This document shows, one piece after another, positions 8,919 to 21,800 of a DNA stretch of 64,000 bases (position 1 is the stretch's first letter; the number at the start of each line of letters is the position of its first letter). Made by a program: the position numbers and the translations under genes. The notes beneath the pieces were generated by a model. That model saw only the letters and a list, made by a program, of their open reading frames with translations. It had not been told where the DNA came from and ran no database searches. The DNA is from Eledone cirrhosa (lineage: Eukaryota), in the NCBI GenBank assembly GCA_964016885.1, contig OZ024742.1, positions 268,212,001 through 268,276,000 on the forward strand. Direction: 5' to 3'.

Positions 8919-11900
8919 CTATAGGCGCATGGTGAGAGTAGGCCGATTCACACGAGCTATTCTCGCTACATTCACCCACCTTTTAGCAAATGTACTGGGG
9001 GGCAGCACTTCTCTCTCCACCCTCACCCTCCTTTCCATGTGAAACTTGAAGAAGTTGATGAGGGATTGGCCGAAGAGAAAAGTGTCTGTCTTTAGTCTTT
9101 TCAACCTGGTCCACCACATAATCTCTTTCGCAACTGCCACCAGACAGAGGAACATTTCCTGCTCTTCGTGACCTAAGGAAGGTGGCGGCTCGATCTTCAC
9201 TATGGACCCGGCCGGTAACCGGATTCGTTCCACACGCGACAGTAGCTGTTCGACATAACTCCACATGTCAGTAATGCACGGACATTGGACAAGTGCGTGC
9301 AGAACGGTTTCGTTGTTCTGTGCGCATCTTGGGCAGGTCCGTCTGACAGCATTTCCGTGCCTGTAGAGTTTATCCCGAACCGGCAGTGCCCCCCGGTAGC
9401 ACTGCCAAGCGAGGGATTTCTGGAAATTGTCCATCGTCCTCGGCTCAAAGGTCCTCCGGTACAGACTGGTCAGTTCGACTTCGTCGAGGCCCAAAGCTTC
9501 TCCGTGTGCGTCATCGCACTTGCCCACCACTAATCCTCTATAGAACTCGAGAGTGGAAGTTCCACTGATCGCATTGCCCGCTTGGTAGAGGGCAGTGAGT
9601 GCCTGGCAACATTCCAGGTGCCAGTCACCCAGTCTCGGTCTCTTCTTGACCCAGGACTGCAGCTCAGTCAAAGAAATGAGCTGCGGAAAGGCCCGTCTGA
9701 TAAACGGCGACCACACCTGTTCACCATTGAGGCAGAATATCTGGAGATGTCGCAGCCTCAACGCATGTCTGCGCATCATTAGCCACGGCATGTCCAGCCC
9801 TCCGCGTAGAGGGTGCTGGCAGCAAATGGACCGCCTCACCAACGGAACTTGTCCCCTCCACAAGAATTTGAAGAGGAGCCGTTCCAACTTGACGAGGCGC
9901 GGACGGGGGCAAGGCACGACGGTTAGGCGGTAGTAGATGACGGACGCGATGTACGCATTCACCACCTCCGCTCGACCTTTCAGTGATAGCTTCCTCCCAC
10001 CGCATTTTTGGGTGAGACTGGCTACTCTGCTCGTTACCTCGTCCCAATTCTTTTCCACCTGGAGGTCTGGTCCGAACCAAACCCCGAGCTACTTTACCGG
10101 TCCGTCCGTCCAGCGCCCCACGACGCTGTTGGACGGCATGGGCTTGCCTCTCCAGGTTCCGAGCTGCAAGCCCACCGACTTTTCCGGGTTAAGTTTGGCG
10201 CCTGTCAACCTTTCATATTCCTTCAATAAGGTGCCGACCACCTCAATTTCTGAGGTGTTCGACACCATCACGGTGATGTGGTCCGCAATAAGCCGGCACC
10301 GCTTTTCCACGTCCCGGTTCGAGCGGGATGCCCTGCAACAGCTCCAGCTTCCGCAGTAAAGGCTCGAGAGTCAATACGTACAGAAGGGAAGAGAGAGGGT
10401 AGCCTTGACGGACCGATCGGGAGAGCCGAAATGGTTCCGAGAGGTGGCTTCTGAAGACAGGGCCGAAGCAAGCTGCTTTGAGGACAAACTGCAGATACCG
10501 ATGGTCGACCCTATCGAATGATCTAAATTGATCAGTGCCTCACAGAAGCCAGGTTTACACCCTACCCTCTCTATGATGTATCGCATGAGGTGGAGATTGT
10601 CGTGTATGGACCTGGCTGGGATTTCGCAAGTTTGCGCCTCCCCAACCAAATCCTTGACGACAAGCGCCAATCTCTTTGCTAACACCTTGGCCAGAATCTT
10701 AAAATCTGTGTTGAGCAGAGTTATGGGCCTGAAGTTGTCTAATGTATCCCTCTTGTTCTCGTCTTTCCTTATCAGCGTCACCACTCCCCTGCTCACAGAA
10801 CTGGGAATACTCCCATTCTGCTGCCAGTTGCAGTATAGAACTTCGAGGAGTTCGGAGAACAAGTCTGGCATATTTACGTGAAGCTCGTAGGGTAGGCCAT
10901 CCAAACCGGGTGAATTGCGCCTCATGCAGCCGACAAGGGCGTCCTGAATTTCGGCTGAAGTTATCGGCCTTTCGCAGCGCTCAGCGTCGACCGTCGAGAT
11001 GCGCGGCAAGCCGTCAAGGTAGGGACTGAAATCCGCTACTCTCTCTGACTCGCCACTCTCCCTGAACAACCGAGCAAAGTGCTGACGAAAGGCCTCACAC
11101 ATCCGTTTGGAATCGCTTATTTCGTGTCCGTCTCGGTCCGCCAAAGTCCGAATTGTGGTTTTATTACCACGCTGCGCCTCCGCCACGCGGGCCCATCGAA
11201 CAGCTTTAGTTCCCACGTTTCTCAGCGCACGCGACTTAGCTCTGACAATGCAACCTTCGTGTTTGACATTGAAGAAATGGACTAATGCCATTCTCGCCGC
11301 TAGCACGTCAGTTGCGATGCCACTACAAATAGCCTCGTCTAACTTATCTACCAGCTCCCCCTCCTTTCTATTTTTCTCTAACGCTAGTTCTTTGCTGAAC
11401 TCTATCGAAGTTACTCTAATCTCTCTTTTAAGACCCACCCACCATCTGTTGTTGATGATCCCCCCTGTCAACTTTTGCTTAACTAACTTATTGACTCGGT
11501 CCCTGTAAGCCTTACGTGCCGGAAATGATATGTTCAGCTTCCAGTAACCCGGTCCTAACCTACGCGTGTTATTTAGGTCAACCGTACAGAGCACAAATTT
11601 GTGATCTGAATAGGCGACCGTCTTAAAAAGTGGACAGCCCACACTATTTCTATCTATTTTCCAAATGAAGATCCTGTCTATATACGATCTAGATGACACC
11701 ATTCGGTTGGTCCATGTCCATACTGGCACATTGGGGAAATCTAGTCGATACCTGTCAGACAGTTGGAACTGGCTGAGTAGGTGCTTGAGGCTTTTGCACC
11801 CCCCGCTCCTAACGGCTACTCCCACACAATCCCAGCGTGCGTCTAAGATGCCATTCCAGTCCGCCGCTAAAAGTAAAGGGCGAACGTACCCAGAAAGGTC

Positions 11901-12280
11901 TCCAGGCGCCTAAAGAAGTCAGGTCGTCCGGCCCCTGTAGGGGCGTAGACGGCCAGCAGTCTAAAGGCACCACCTTCGCTACTGATCACATCCAAGACCA
12001 CCAACTTACCGCCCGGGTCCAGGAAGATCGACCTTACCTCGGGATCCAGTCCTTTCCTAAACAGCAGTTCCACCCCACCCCCCATTCCCGGCCCGCTAAC
12101 AGATGCGAAGATCTGATAGTCGTCGAAAATGGGGGCTAGTGCGCGCGTGTCGGAAATTCTGGTCTCCCTTACGGCAATCACATCCATTTCCAGCGACTGG
12201 AGGTCTTTGAGCAGGCGAACCTGCTTCCAGGGTGACCCCAGGCCGCGAACATTTAAACTTCCTACTCTTAATATGGCCAT
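8919..12280 (-). pseudogene. Tx1-B1 ORF2 (APE-RT), broken into several frames
   Basis: ORFs 11867-12280, 10371-11825, 10089-10310, 8919-10058 are collinear with Tx1-A ORF2. Confidence 0.9.
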
Positions 12281-12311
12281 ATTGGTAAGCTAATAGAGAG
12301 AGGGGGAAGGT

Positions 12312-14260
12312 TTACTTACCTCCCGGGGTCTTGTGAAGGTCGGGTGGTTCGACCTCCATGGTTGGTGGGGTTTCTTTTGGGAACCCCTTTAAAAGTATTG
12401 ATGTGGGTTTCACATTCGGGGTTCCCACGTCTTGAGGAAAGCTCTCTCGAATTTCTTTGAAGGAATTGAGTGACATTCGGACCAGAAGCAAATCTTCTGG
12501 CACGCAAAATATGCTCATTTCAAAAATCTCCCTCTCTGTTTGAATGTCCTCGCTTCGCGCTAAGAGGGCCTTCAATTTATTGTTGGCCCTTCTGACAAGC
12601 ACGAAGTTTTAACATTTTGTTGGTGTGGTTTTATTTATTTTCGTTTTGGTGAAGGTGGTGGCGATGGTTTTGGTGGTGTTGTTTCGGGTATGTCTATGTT
12701 TGTTGTAGGTGTGGTGTCTGCAATTTCAGGTATTTGTGTGTTTATGTCTACTTGTGTTTGTTTAGGTTGTTTACGTTTCGGGGATTGTGGAGGTGGTGTC
12801 GATGTTGCTGTTGGTGATGTTGTTATTGGGGAAGTGTTTGCATTAGTGGTGTCTGTATTTTTTGTTGTGTATGTTTTTGTGTTTTGTTGGGGCTTTTTTT
12901 TTTGTGAGTTTTCTCTGTTTTTTGGCACTTTTGGGTTTTCCTTCATCTTCGCTGCTGGAAGACAAAGGGTCTGTGTCTGTGAGTGTCGCTGTGTCTGTGT
13001 GTGCGTTTATTGTTTTGTCTATGTGTATAATTGGGGGGGGGGGGCGATTGGGAGAGCTTTCCTCGTTTTCTCCTTGGATTGGTTTTGGTGTTGGTGGTGA
13101 TCCGGCTGCTTTTGATGTTGGTGTCCATGTTTTTGTTGATGTTGTTTTTGGTGGTAGTCGTGGTGCAGCTTTCCGTGCTGACACTGGCGTTGGAAACAAA
13201 GGAGGTTTGCGACCTCCTGCATTTTTGCGCTGAGGGCAGAAGGCTTGAAGATGCGTTGCTTGCCCGCAGACGAAGCAGCGTGGCCTTCTTCCGTCAATGA
13301 TTAGTTGGATTGTTGTCCCGTCCTGCAGGCGGGCAAAATCCGGGATGTTATTCATATCCTCCGGTTTCATTTGCAGAAGAATCTCCAAGTCCATTCCGGG
13401 CCAGTCCTCTCTCTCTGTCCTTTTGATGTCTAGGAGGGTAGTGTCTGTCCCCTCCTCGATTACGCATCCCAGCAGCCACCATATGTTCATTCCTGGTGGG
13501 ATGCTGGGAATGCGTACCTTCACTGTCCTTTTACCCATATAGGACGGATGCATGATAATGCGTTCCATTCTGCAGGGGGTCACCGTGTGCTTAATAGCGA
13601 GTGCCTCGGTTTTGAACAGTACCGAGATGGTACCGAACTGTTTGCCTCTTGCTTTGTACTCTATGTTACTTCCGATGTACTCCAAAGCAGCCTCTACCTC
13701 TGCTTGACTCGCAAGTTCCACTTTTCGTGTCTGCACCGAAATACATCGAAAGAGCACTGTCCTCCTTTTCATGGCCGCTATTACCTCGTCCGGGATGGTC
13801 AGGTTTGCCCAGGACTTCTCCCGTTTAATTAGCCCCACGCTTTTGCCAACTGTTCTTCTTTATCGCTAATATCAATATCAATATTCAATAAGCGCTTTGT
13901 TTTTGCTGCTGCTGCCGCAAATGTGGTGTTTCTGATGCTTTTATTGTTGTTGTTGTCATTCTTGCTGTTGCCACCGCCATCCTTGTTTACATTGAAGCTG
14001 TCGGTGTTATTGTCGTTATTGCGCTGAGTTGTTGTTGTGGTGGTTGTGGTGGTGGTGACGGTGGTGGTGATGTCGTTTTCAGATGATACTACGGCTATGG
14101 CACAAGGTTGTGATGGTAGCTTTTGAGTTTTGCCTTCACATTCCCTAGATTGGTTGACAGGCATGACTGTAGCCGTCGTAGTCGTGGTGAAATATACAGT
14201 GGCTGCCGTTAAACTTTTGACCTGAACGTTGTTTACCGTTTCAAGGTCGAACATTTCCAT
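12312..14260 (-). pseudogene. Tx1-B1 ORF1 (zinc-knuckle protein), frameshifted
   Basis: ORFs 13829-14260, 12843-13838, 12635-12946, 12312-12602; CCHC knuckle; C-terminal FKEIRESFPQDVG resembles Tx1-A YTNIKTKFPNAVG. Confidence 0.85.
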
Positions 14261-14510
14261 AATTTTCTTTTGGTGGGGAAGCGATTTTTCTCAAAGTTTG
14301 AAAAAATAAATCTGAATATTCGGGCTTAAAGCCCGAATATAGAGAGGTATTCCTCTCTTTAAATCAAGATGTGTACCTTAAGTTCCGTTAACGGCAAGAA
14401 AATACAAAAAAATGACACTTTAAAACAGCTTAAAGTTACGAAACTTTTCCCCCGCAGATTTGTACTGTCTTCACACATGTGCGGCCATAATAATAATAAT
14501 AATAATAATA

Positions 14511-16007
14511 ATGGACGATCTTAAGCTCTTCGGGAAGAGTGAGAAGGAGTTGGATGTGCTTGTTGACACTGTCCGTATTTTCAGCAATGATATATGTATG
14601 CAATTTGGTATTAGTAAGTGTGGAGTCACTGTGATGAAGAGGGGTAAATTCAGCAGAAGTAACGGAATCCAGGTACCAACAGGTGAGATGATAAAGGAAA
14701 TTGACTCTGAAGAAGGATACATGTATTTGGGTATTCTGGAGGCTGCTGACATCAAGAACAAAAAAATGAAGGAATTGATAAGAACTGAATACATTCGGAG
14801 AATAAGGAGCGTATTAAAGTCACATCTGAACAGTAGGAATGCCATAAGTGCAGTAAATTCCCGAGCTGTGTCTATTATTAGGTACAGTGCGGGAATTCTG
14901 AGATGGAATGTTGCTGAACAAAAAGAAATGGATAGGAAGACTAGGAAGCTATTGACTATCTACAACATATTCCACAAGAGGAGTGATGTCGATTGACTCT
15001 ACTTAAGGAGATCTGAAGGTGGAAGATGTCTTATCAGCATAGAGGACTGTGTTCAGATGGAGAAAAACAACCTACATAAATTCGTGACTGATAGTAAGGA
15101 GCCAATGCTCAGAACTGTACTGAAGGAGGGGACAATAGGCCAGGGGATGCCCAAGGAGGAAATAACATCAAGGAGAAAGAGCAGCCTTCAGGAAAAATCC
15201 CTTCATAGTACCTTCTTTGAGAAAACTGAATTTAGAGATCCACAGACATGGAACTGGTTGAAAAGAGGAGACCTTAAAAAGGCTACAGAAGGAATGTTAA
15301 TGGCTGCGCAGGAGCAGGCCCTCAAAACGAAGTGGTTGAAACATCATATTTACAAGGAGGAGGCTAGCCCACTGTGCAGGATCTGTGGAGAGAGAGAGGA
15401 GACTGTGGCTCACATTGTAACACCTAGCCCAGACTCTCTATAAGAGCTGGAGACATGATGTGATGGGCAGGGTGATCCACTGGCACCTATGCAAAGTAAA
15501 CAATTTACCACATTCTGAGAAGTGGTATGAGCATAAGCCAGAGTCGGTGATAGAAAACGATCAGGTGACGGTGCTGTGGGATTTTAGGATACAGACGGAC
15601 AAGAAACTGAAACACAATAGACCTGACCTGGTGGTTGTGGACAAAGAAAAAAGATCGTGCCTGATTGTGTATGTAGCCTGCCCATTCTACACGAGAGTGC
15701 AAGAGAAGGAGAGGTAGAAAATTAACCGATATCAGGACTTAAAGTGGGAGGTAAAAAGGATTTGAAACTGCCATGAAGTCAAAGTGATCCCGATTGTCAT
15801 AGGCGCACTAGGGACTATCTCAAAAAGTTTCCAGGGATGGTTAAAGAAAATTGGCCAATTCACGCTTTTTGGAACGCTTCAAAAGGCATGCTTGCTGGGA
15901 ACAGCAACAACCCTCCGATACGTCCTGAATTTCTGAGGCTGCAGGTATTGGCTTGATATTCATCTCAACAAACTTTCCAGTTAACTAACATCAATGACTG
16001 AGACTCA
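14511..16007 (+). mobile_element. 5'-truncated R4/Dong element, same family as 1-2517
   Basis: Starts at MDDLKLFGK directly after (AAT)n 14487-14512; near-identical to 1008-2515; ends in (AAT)n. Confidence 0.93.
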
Positions 16008-16042
16008 AATAATAATAATAATAATAATTATTATTATTATTA

Positions 16043-16221
16043 TTTCTACGTTTGGCACAAGCCAGCAATTACCCAGTGCTTTAATGGCAATTTATTTTAT
16101 CGACTCCGTAAGGATGAAAGGCAAAGTTAACCTCGGCGAGATTTGAACTCAGAATGGTAAGGGCCGTATCTCTGTACGTCAAAGCATGGCGTCCGACCCT
16201 CTACCGATACTGCCAATCCAC
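16043..16221 (-). mobile_element. tRNA-derived SINE
   Basis: Minus strand A-box TGGCAGTATCGG, B-box GAGTTCAAATC, central GCCTTTCATCCTTACGGAGTCGATAAAAT, tail TTGTGCCAAACGTAGAAAT. Confidence 0.88.
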
Positions 16222-16224
16222 AAT

Positions 16225-16669
16225 GATTTCTTTATTGGCCACAAGGGCTGACATCAAGAAAAGCATTATAACGGCACAGGACGGTACAGGACGGTACGAT
16301 GTGCGTTTTGTGCGTGTAAATATTTTTATTATTTATATAAGAAAATAAAAAAGGACATAGACACATATATATATAAACAATAAACATGAAAATTGAAACA
16401 ATGAAAAATTCCCCATTAAGGGGAAACCTCCGAGGATGACTCGTGGCGAAAACCACACAAAAGAGCACGCCAACCTGACCACCAGTACAAGCGCCCTCTC
16501 TCAATTTTTCCATTTCTCAAGCTACAGACGTATATTCAGAGCGGTCCCGTTCACTCGGAACATTCTCGCTACATTCACCCACCTTTCAACAAACTTGTTA
16601 GAAGGCAGCACTTGCCTCTCCACCCTGATTTTCCTCTTCAAGTGAAACTTGGAAATGTTAATTAAGGAT
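16225..16669 (-). mobile_element. Tx1-A-related 3' fragment (ORF2 end + 3'UTR)
   Basis: Encodes KFHLKRKIRVERQVL..ARMFRVNG; ends CCCTTGTGGCCAATAAAGAAATC-ATT. Confidence 0.88.
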
Positions 16670-16775
16670 TCCTCTGTTTTTTTACATGCAAAAATGCCCA
16701 TTTGTACCGTCCTGTATTGTCCTGTGCCGCCTGTAATGTTTTTCTTGATGTCAGCCCTTGTGGCCAATAAAGAAA

Positions 16776-16777
<2 letters not shown>
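16670..16777 (+). mobile_element. Tx1-A 3'UTR terminal fragment, inverted relative to neighbour
   Basis: Matches reverse complement of about 2578-2700; followed by (ATT)n 16778-16812. Confidence 0.85.
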
Positions 16778-16812
<35 letters not shown>

Positions 16813-16813
<1 letters not shown>

Positions 16814-18308
16814 GTTGCATTTAACTTGCTTTATGTTCATACGAGTTATCACCAAGTCACAACCAGTGACCTCAAGAGACAACAAGGCCCGCCATGTTCA
16901 AGAAAGAACATACATACACACACATGCATCTTTAGGAGTTTAGACTTGTGATGTACTTATATTGACATAATCTTCCTTAGTATATTGGCAGTTCCCATTA
17001 GTACTATCTTTTGTATTTCTCCTATACGCGGGTTTCCTGGGATTTTCGATAAGTAATCATTAGACCCCTTAGGTATCATTCCTAGAGTGCTTACAACCAC
17101 TGGTATTGTTTTAGTTCTCAATTTCCACATTTTTCTAATTTCTATCTCCAGGTCCTTATACTTGCTCAATTTTTCAAATGTTTTTATAGATACATTCTTG
17201 TCTATTGGAACGGACATATTAATTAGCAGGCATACCCGCTTTTAAAGTCCTTCAATATTATATCAGGTCTATTTGCATCTATTTTTCGGTCTGTTTGGAT
17301 GCTAAAGTTCCACAAGATTGAGATATGATCTTTTTCAAGTATGGGAGGTGGTTGATGCTCCCAACAATTCTTTTGATGGGGAAGGTCAAAATGCTTACAC
17401 ATTATTCAATGTATGTATTGTGCAGCTCTGTCATGCCTGTTTAGGTATTCGGTTGGAGCTATAGGACTGCACATTGAAATTATATGGTCAATGGTCTCTG
17501 GTTGTTTTTTGCATACACGGCATAATGGGTTGTATCCATTATTAATTATGTTGGCTTGGTAATAATTGTTGGCAGACACTGATCTTGTGCTGATATAATC
17601 AGTCCTTCAGTCTCCGATTTCAGTCCAGAGGATGTCAAACACTGATGGGTTAGAGTTTTGTCAACATCAGGATTGTTAGCTCTTTCTGTGTGTTTTCCAT
17701 ACAGAGGCTTGTCTTGCCATTTCTTAGCCAGTTTCTGTAGCAGTTCTTTCTTTGCTGTTACTTTTACCTGCTTGGCTTTTTCTGTGTTTTCCATTTCAGC
17801 AGTAAATGGGACTTCTGAAATGTGTAGTCCATTACTGTATCTTTGTGCATCTGTTGTAATGGAGTATGATCCGTTGATGCTTTCGTGCTTCAAAACGAGT
17901 TTGATCATCCAATCATGTGATTCCCTTAGATATATAGATAATCCAATTGTTGCAGTTTTCAACGCAATATCTAAGTGGATTAACCCACGTCCTCCTTCTT
18001 TCCTATGGAGATATATTCTATCTGTATCTGCCTTAGTGTGATGCATTCTGTGCATGGTTAAGAATTTTATAATTTTTGCATCGAGCCTACGGATCTCTGT
18101 GCTTGACCAGTTGATGACATTGTAACTGTAGGTTACTACTGGTATGGCAAGCATGTTTATGGCATCGATCCTATTCCTTGAATTCAATTCCGTTCTTAAG
18201 ATTGCTCTTACTCTGCGGTAACATTCCTTCCTTATCCTTTCCCTCATTGTCGAGTGCTTGATTCCGTCTCCTTCACAAACACCTAAATATTTGTATGTTT
18301 CCTCTTGA
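16813..18308 (-). mobile_element. 5'-truncated R4/Dong element, second family
   Basis: YKYLGV, GGRGLI, ETEGLIISAQDQCL, EKLSKYKDLEIEI..W, IQKIVLMGTANILR; 3' end in (AAT)n on its own strand. Confidence 0.9.
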
Positions 18309-18834
18309 AAGAGTAGGAAATTTTCCTCTGTCTGGTGGCAGTTGCGAAAGAGATTATATGGTGGACCAGGTTGAAAAGACTAAAGACATACACTTTTCTC
18401 TTCGGCCAATCCCTCATCAACTTCTTCAAGTTTCACCTGGAAAGGAAGGTTAGGGTGGAGAGAGATGTGCTGCTCCCCAGTACATTTGCTAAAAGGTGGG
18501 TGAATGTGGCGAGAATGGCTCGTGTGAATGGGCCTACTCTGACCATGCGCCTATAGGCTAGCTAACTTGAGGAGAGGCGTGCTCTCCCTGGATGCCCTAG
18601 AAGCACAGGGTGGTTCAGGAATGGTGGAGCACCCGAGTCACCCCAGGGTCATCCACCCCCTATCGGGGAATTTATTTTGTTATATTTATGCATAGTTTAT
18701 TTTATATTTTTATATTTTCATTGTTAAATTAGTCTTGCCATTGTGCACTTTTACTCGACCTTATTGTAAACCCCCACTGTCCCTGTCTTTTATTGTCCCC
18801 TACATGTCGGCCCTCGTGGCTAATAAATGAAATC
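18309..18834 (+). mobile_element. Tx1-B 3' fragment
   Basis: ORF 18335-18556 near-identical to Tx1-B ORF2 C-terminus; full 3'UTR; (ATT)n 18835-18857. Confidence 0.92.
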
Positions 18835-18857
18835 ATTATTATTATTATTATTATTAT

Positions 18858-21800
18858 GGCCGCACATGTGTGAAGACAGTACACATCTGCGGGGGAAAAG
18901 TTTCGTAACTTTAAGCTGTTTTAAAGTGTCATTTTTTGTATTTTCTTGTCGTTAACGAAACTTAAGGTGCACCTCTTGATTTAAAGAGAGGTATACCTCT
19001 CAATATTCGGGCTTTAAGCCCGAATATTCAGATATATTCTTAAAAACTTCGAAAAAAATCGCTTCCACACCAAAAACAATTATGGAAATGTTCGACCTTG
19101 AAACGGTAAGCAACGTTCAGGTCAAAAGTTTAAAGGCAGCCACTGTAGATTTCACCACGACTACGACGGCTACAGTCATACCTGTCATCCACTCTACTGA
19201 ATATGAAGGCAAAACTCAACCTTCTGTGATAGCAGCAGTATCATCTGAAAACGACATCACCACCACCGCCACCACCACCACCACAACAACAATTCAGAGC
19301 AATAACGACAATAACACCGACAGCTTCAATGTAAACACGGATGGCGGTGGCAACAGTATCGACAAACAAAAGGACAACACCAATAACAACAGCAAGCATG
19401 ACAACACCAGCAATAAGAGCATCAGAGTCACCACATTTGCTGCAGCAGCAGCAAAACAAAATGCTTATTGAATATTGTTATTGATATTAGCGATAAAGAC
19501 GAACAGTTGGACAAAGCGTGGAGGCTAATTAAACGGGAGAATTCCTGGGCAAATCTGACCATCACGGACGAGACAATAGCGGCCATGCAAAGGAGGACGG
19601 TGTTCTTTCGATGTATTTCGGTGCAGACACGAAAAGTGGAACTTGCGAGCCAATCAGAGGTCGAGGCTGCTTCGGAGTACATCGGAAGTAACATAGAGTA
19701 CAAAGCAAGAGGCAAACAGTTCGGTACCATCTCGGTACTGTTCAAAACCGAGGCACTCGTTATTAAGCACTCGGTGACCCCCTGCAGAACGGAACGCATT
19801 ATCATGCATCCGTCCTACATGGGTAAAAGGACAGTAAAGATACGCATTCCCAGCATCCCACCAGGAATGAACATATGGTGGCTGCTGGGATGCGTAATCG
19901 AGGAGGGGACAGACACTACCCTCCTGGATATCAAAAGGACAGAGAGAGAAGACTGGTCCGGAATGGATTTGGAGATTCTTCTCCAAATGAAACCGGAGGA
20001 TATGAATAACATCCAGGATTTTCTCGCCTGCAGGACGGGACAACAATCCAACTAATCATTGTCGGAAGAAGGCCACGCTGCTTCGTCTGCGGGCAAGCAA
20101 CGCATCTTCAAGCCTTCTGCCCTCAGCGCAAAAATGCAGGGGGTCGCAAACTTCCTTTGTTGCTAACGCCAGTGTCAGCACGGAAAGCTGCACCACCAAC
20201 ACCACCAAAATAACACCAACAAAAACACGGACACCAACATCAAAAACAGCCGGATCACAACCAACACGAAAACCAATCCAAGGAGAAAACGAGGAAAGCT
20301 CTCCCACTCGCCCTACCCCCTCCAATTATACACATAGACAAAACAATAAACGCACACACAGACACAGAGACACTCACAGATACAGACCCTTTGTCTTCCA
20401 GCAGCGAAGATGAAGGAAAACCCAAAAGTGCCAAAAAACAGAGAAAACTCACAAAAAAAAAAAGCCCCAACAAAACGCAAAAACATACACAACAAAAAAT
20501 ACAGACACCACTAACGCAAACACTTCCCCAATAACAACATCACCAACAGCAACATCGACACCACCTCCACAATCCCCGAAACGCAAACAACCTAAACAAA
20601 CACAAGTACACATAAACACACAAATACCTGAAATTGCATACACCACACCTACAACAAACATAGACATACCCGAAACAACACCATCAAAACCATCACCACC
20701 ACAGTCACCAAAACGAAAACAAATAAAACCCCACCAACAAAATGTTAATAACTTCGTGCTTGTCAGAGGGCCAACGATAAACTGATGCCCTCTTAGCACG
20801 AATCGAGGACATTCAAACAGATGGGAGATTTTTGAACTGAGCACATTTTGCGTGCCAGAAGATTCGCTTCTGGTCCGAATGTCACTCAATTCCTTCAAAG
20901 AAATTCGAGAGAGCTTTCCTCAAGACGTTGGAACCCCGAATGTGAAACCCACGTCAAGACTTTTAAAGGGCTTCCCAAAAGAAATCTCACCAACCATGGA
21001 GGTCGAACCACCCGACCTTCACAAGACCCCGGGAGGTAAGTAAACCTTCCCTCTCTCTCTTAGCTTACCAATATGGCCATATTAAGAGTAGGAAGTTTAA
21101 ATGTTTGCGGCCTGGGGTCACCCTGGTAGCAGGTTCGCCTGCTAAACGACCTCCGGTCGCTGGAAATGGAGGTGATTGCCGTCAGCGAGACCAGAATTTC
21201 CGTCTGTTAGCATGCCGGGAATGGGGGATGGGGTGGTAGTGCTGTTTAGGAAAGGACTGGATCTCGAGGTAAGGTCGATCTTCCGGGACCCGGACGATAA
21301 GTTGGTGGTCTTGAATATGAGCAGTAACGAAGGTGGTGCCGTTAGACTGCTGGCCGTCTACGTCCCTATAGGGGCCGGACGACCTGACTTCTTTAGGCGC
21401 CTGGAGACCTTTCTGGGTACATCTCGCATTTTACTGTTAGCGGGCGACTGGAATGGCATCTTAGACGCACGCTGGTATTGTGTGGGAGTAGCCGTTAGGA
21501 GCGGGGGGTGCAAAAGCCTCAAGCACCTACTCAGCCAGTTCCAACTGTCTGACAGGTATCGACTAGATTTCCCCAATGTGCCAGGATGGACATGGACCAA
21601 CCGAATGGTGTCATCTAGATCGTATATAGACAGGATCTTCATTAGGAAAATAGATAGAAATAGTGTAGGCTGTCCACTTTTTAAAACGGTCGCCTATTCA
21701 GATCACAAATTTGTGCTCTGTACGGTTGACCTAAATAACACGCGTAGGTTAGGACCGGGTTACTGGAAGCTGAACATATCATTTCCGCCACGTAAGGCTT

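Larger units (their letters stand above)
8642..14486 (-). mobile_element. Full-length Tx1-clade element, family B copy 1, frameshifted
   Basis: ORF1 pieces from 14260 (MEMFDLE.., knuckle CFVCGQATHLQAFC); ORF2 pieces 12280-8919 clearly homologous to Tx1-A ORF2; internal deletions near 10440-10520; bounded by (ATT)n on both sides. Confidence 0.92.

Noticed and set aside
18858-18940. HDV-like ribozyme at the Tx1-B 5' end (starts GGCCG)
   Set aside because: I see only a simple hairpin and could not fit the nested pseudoknot (P3/L3, P1.1, J4/2).
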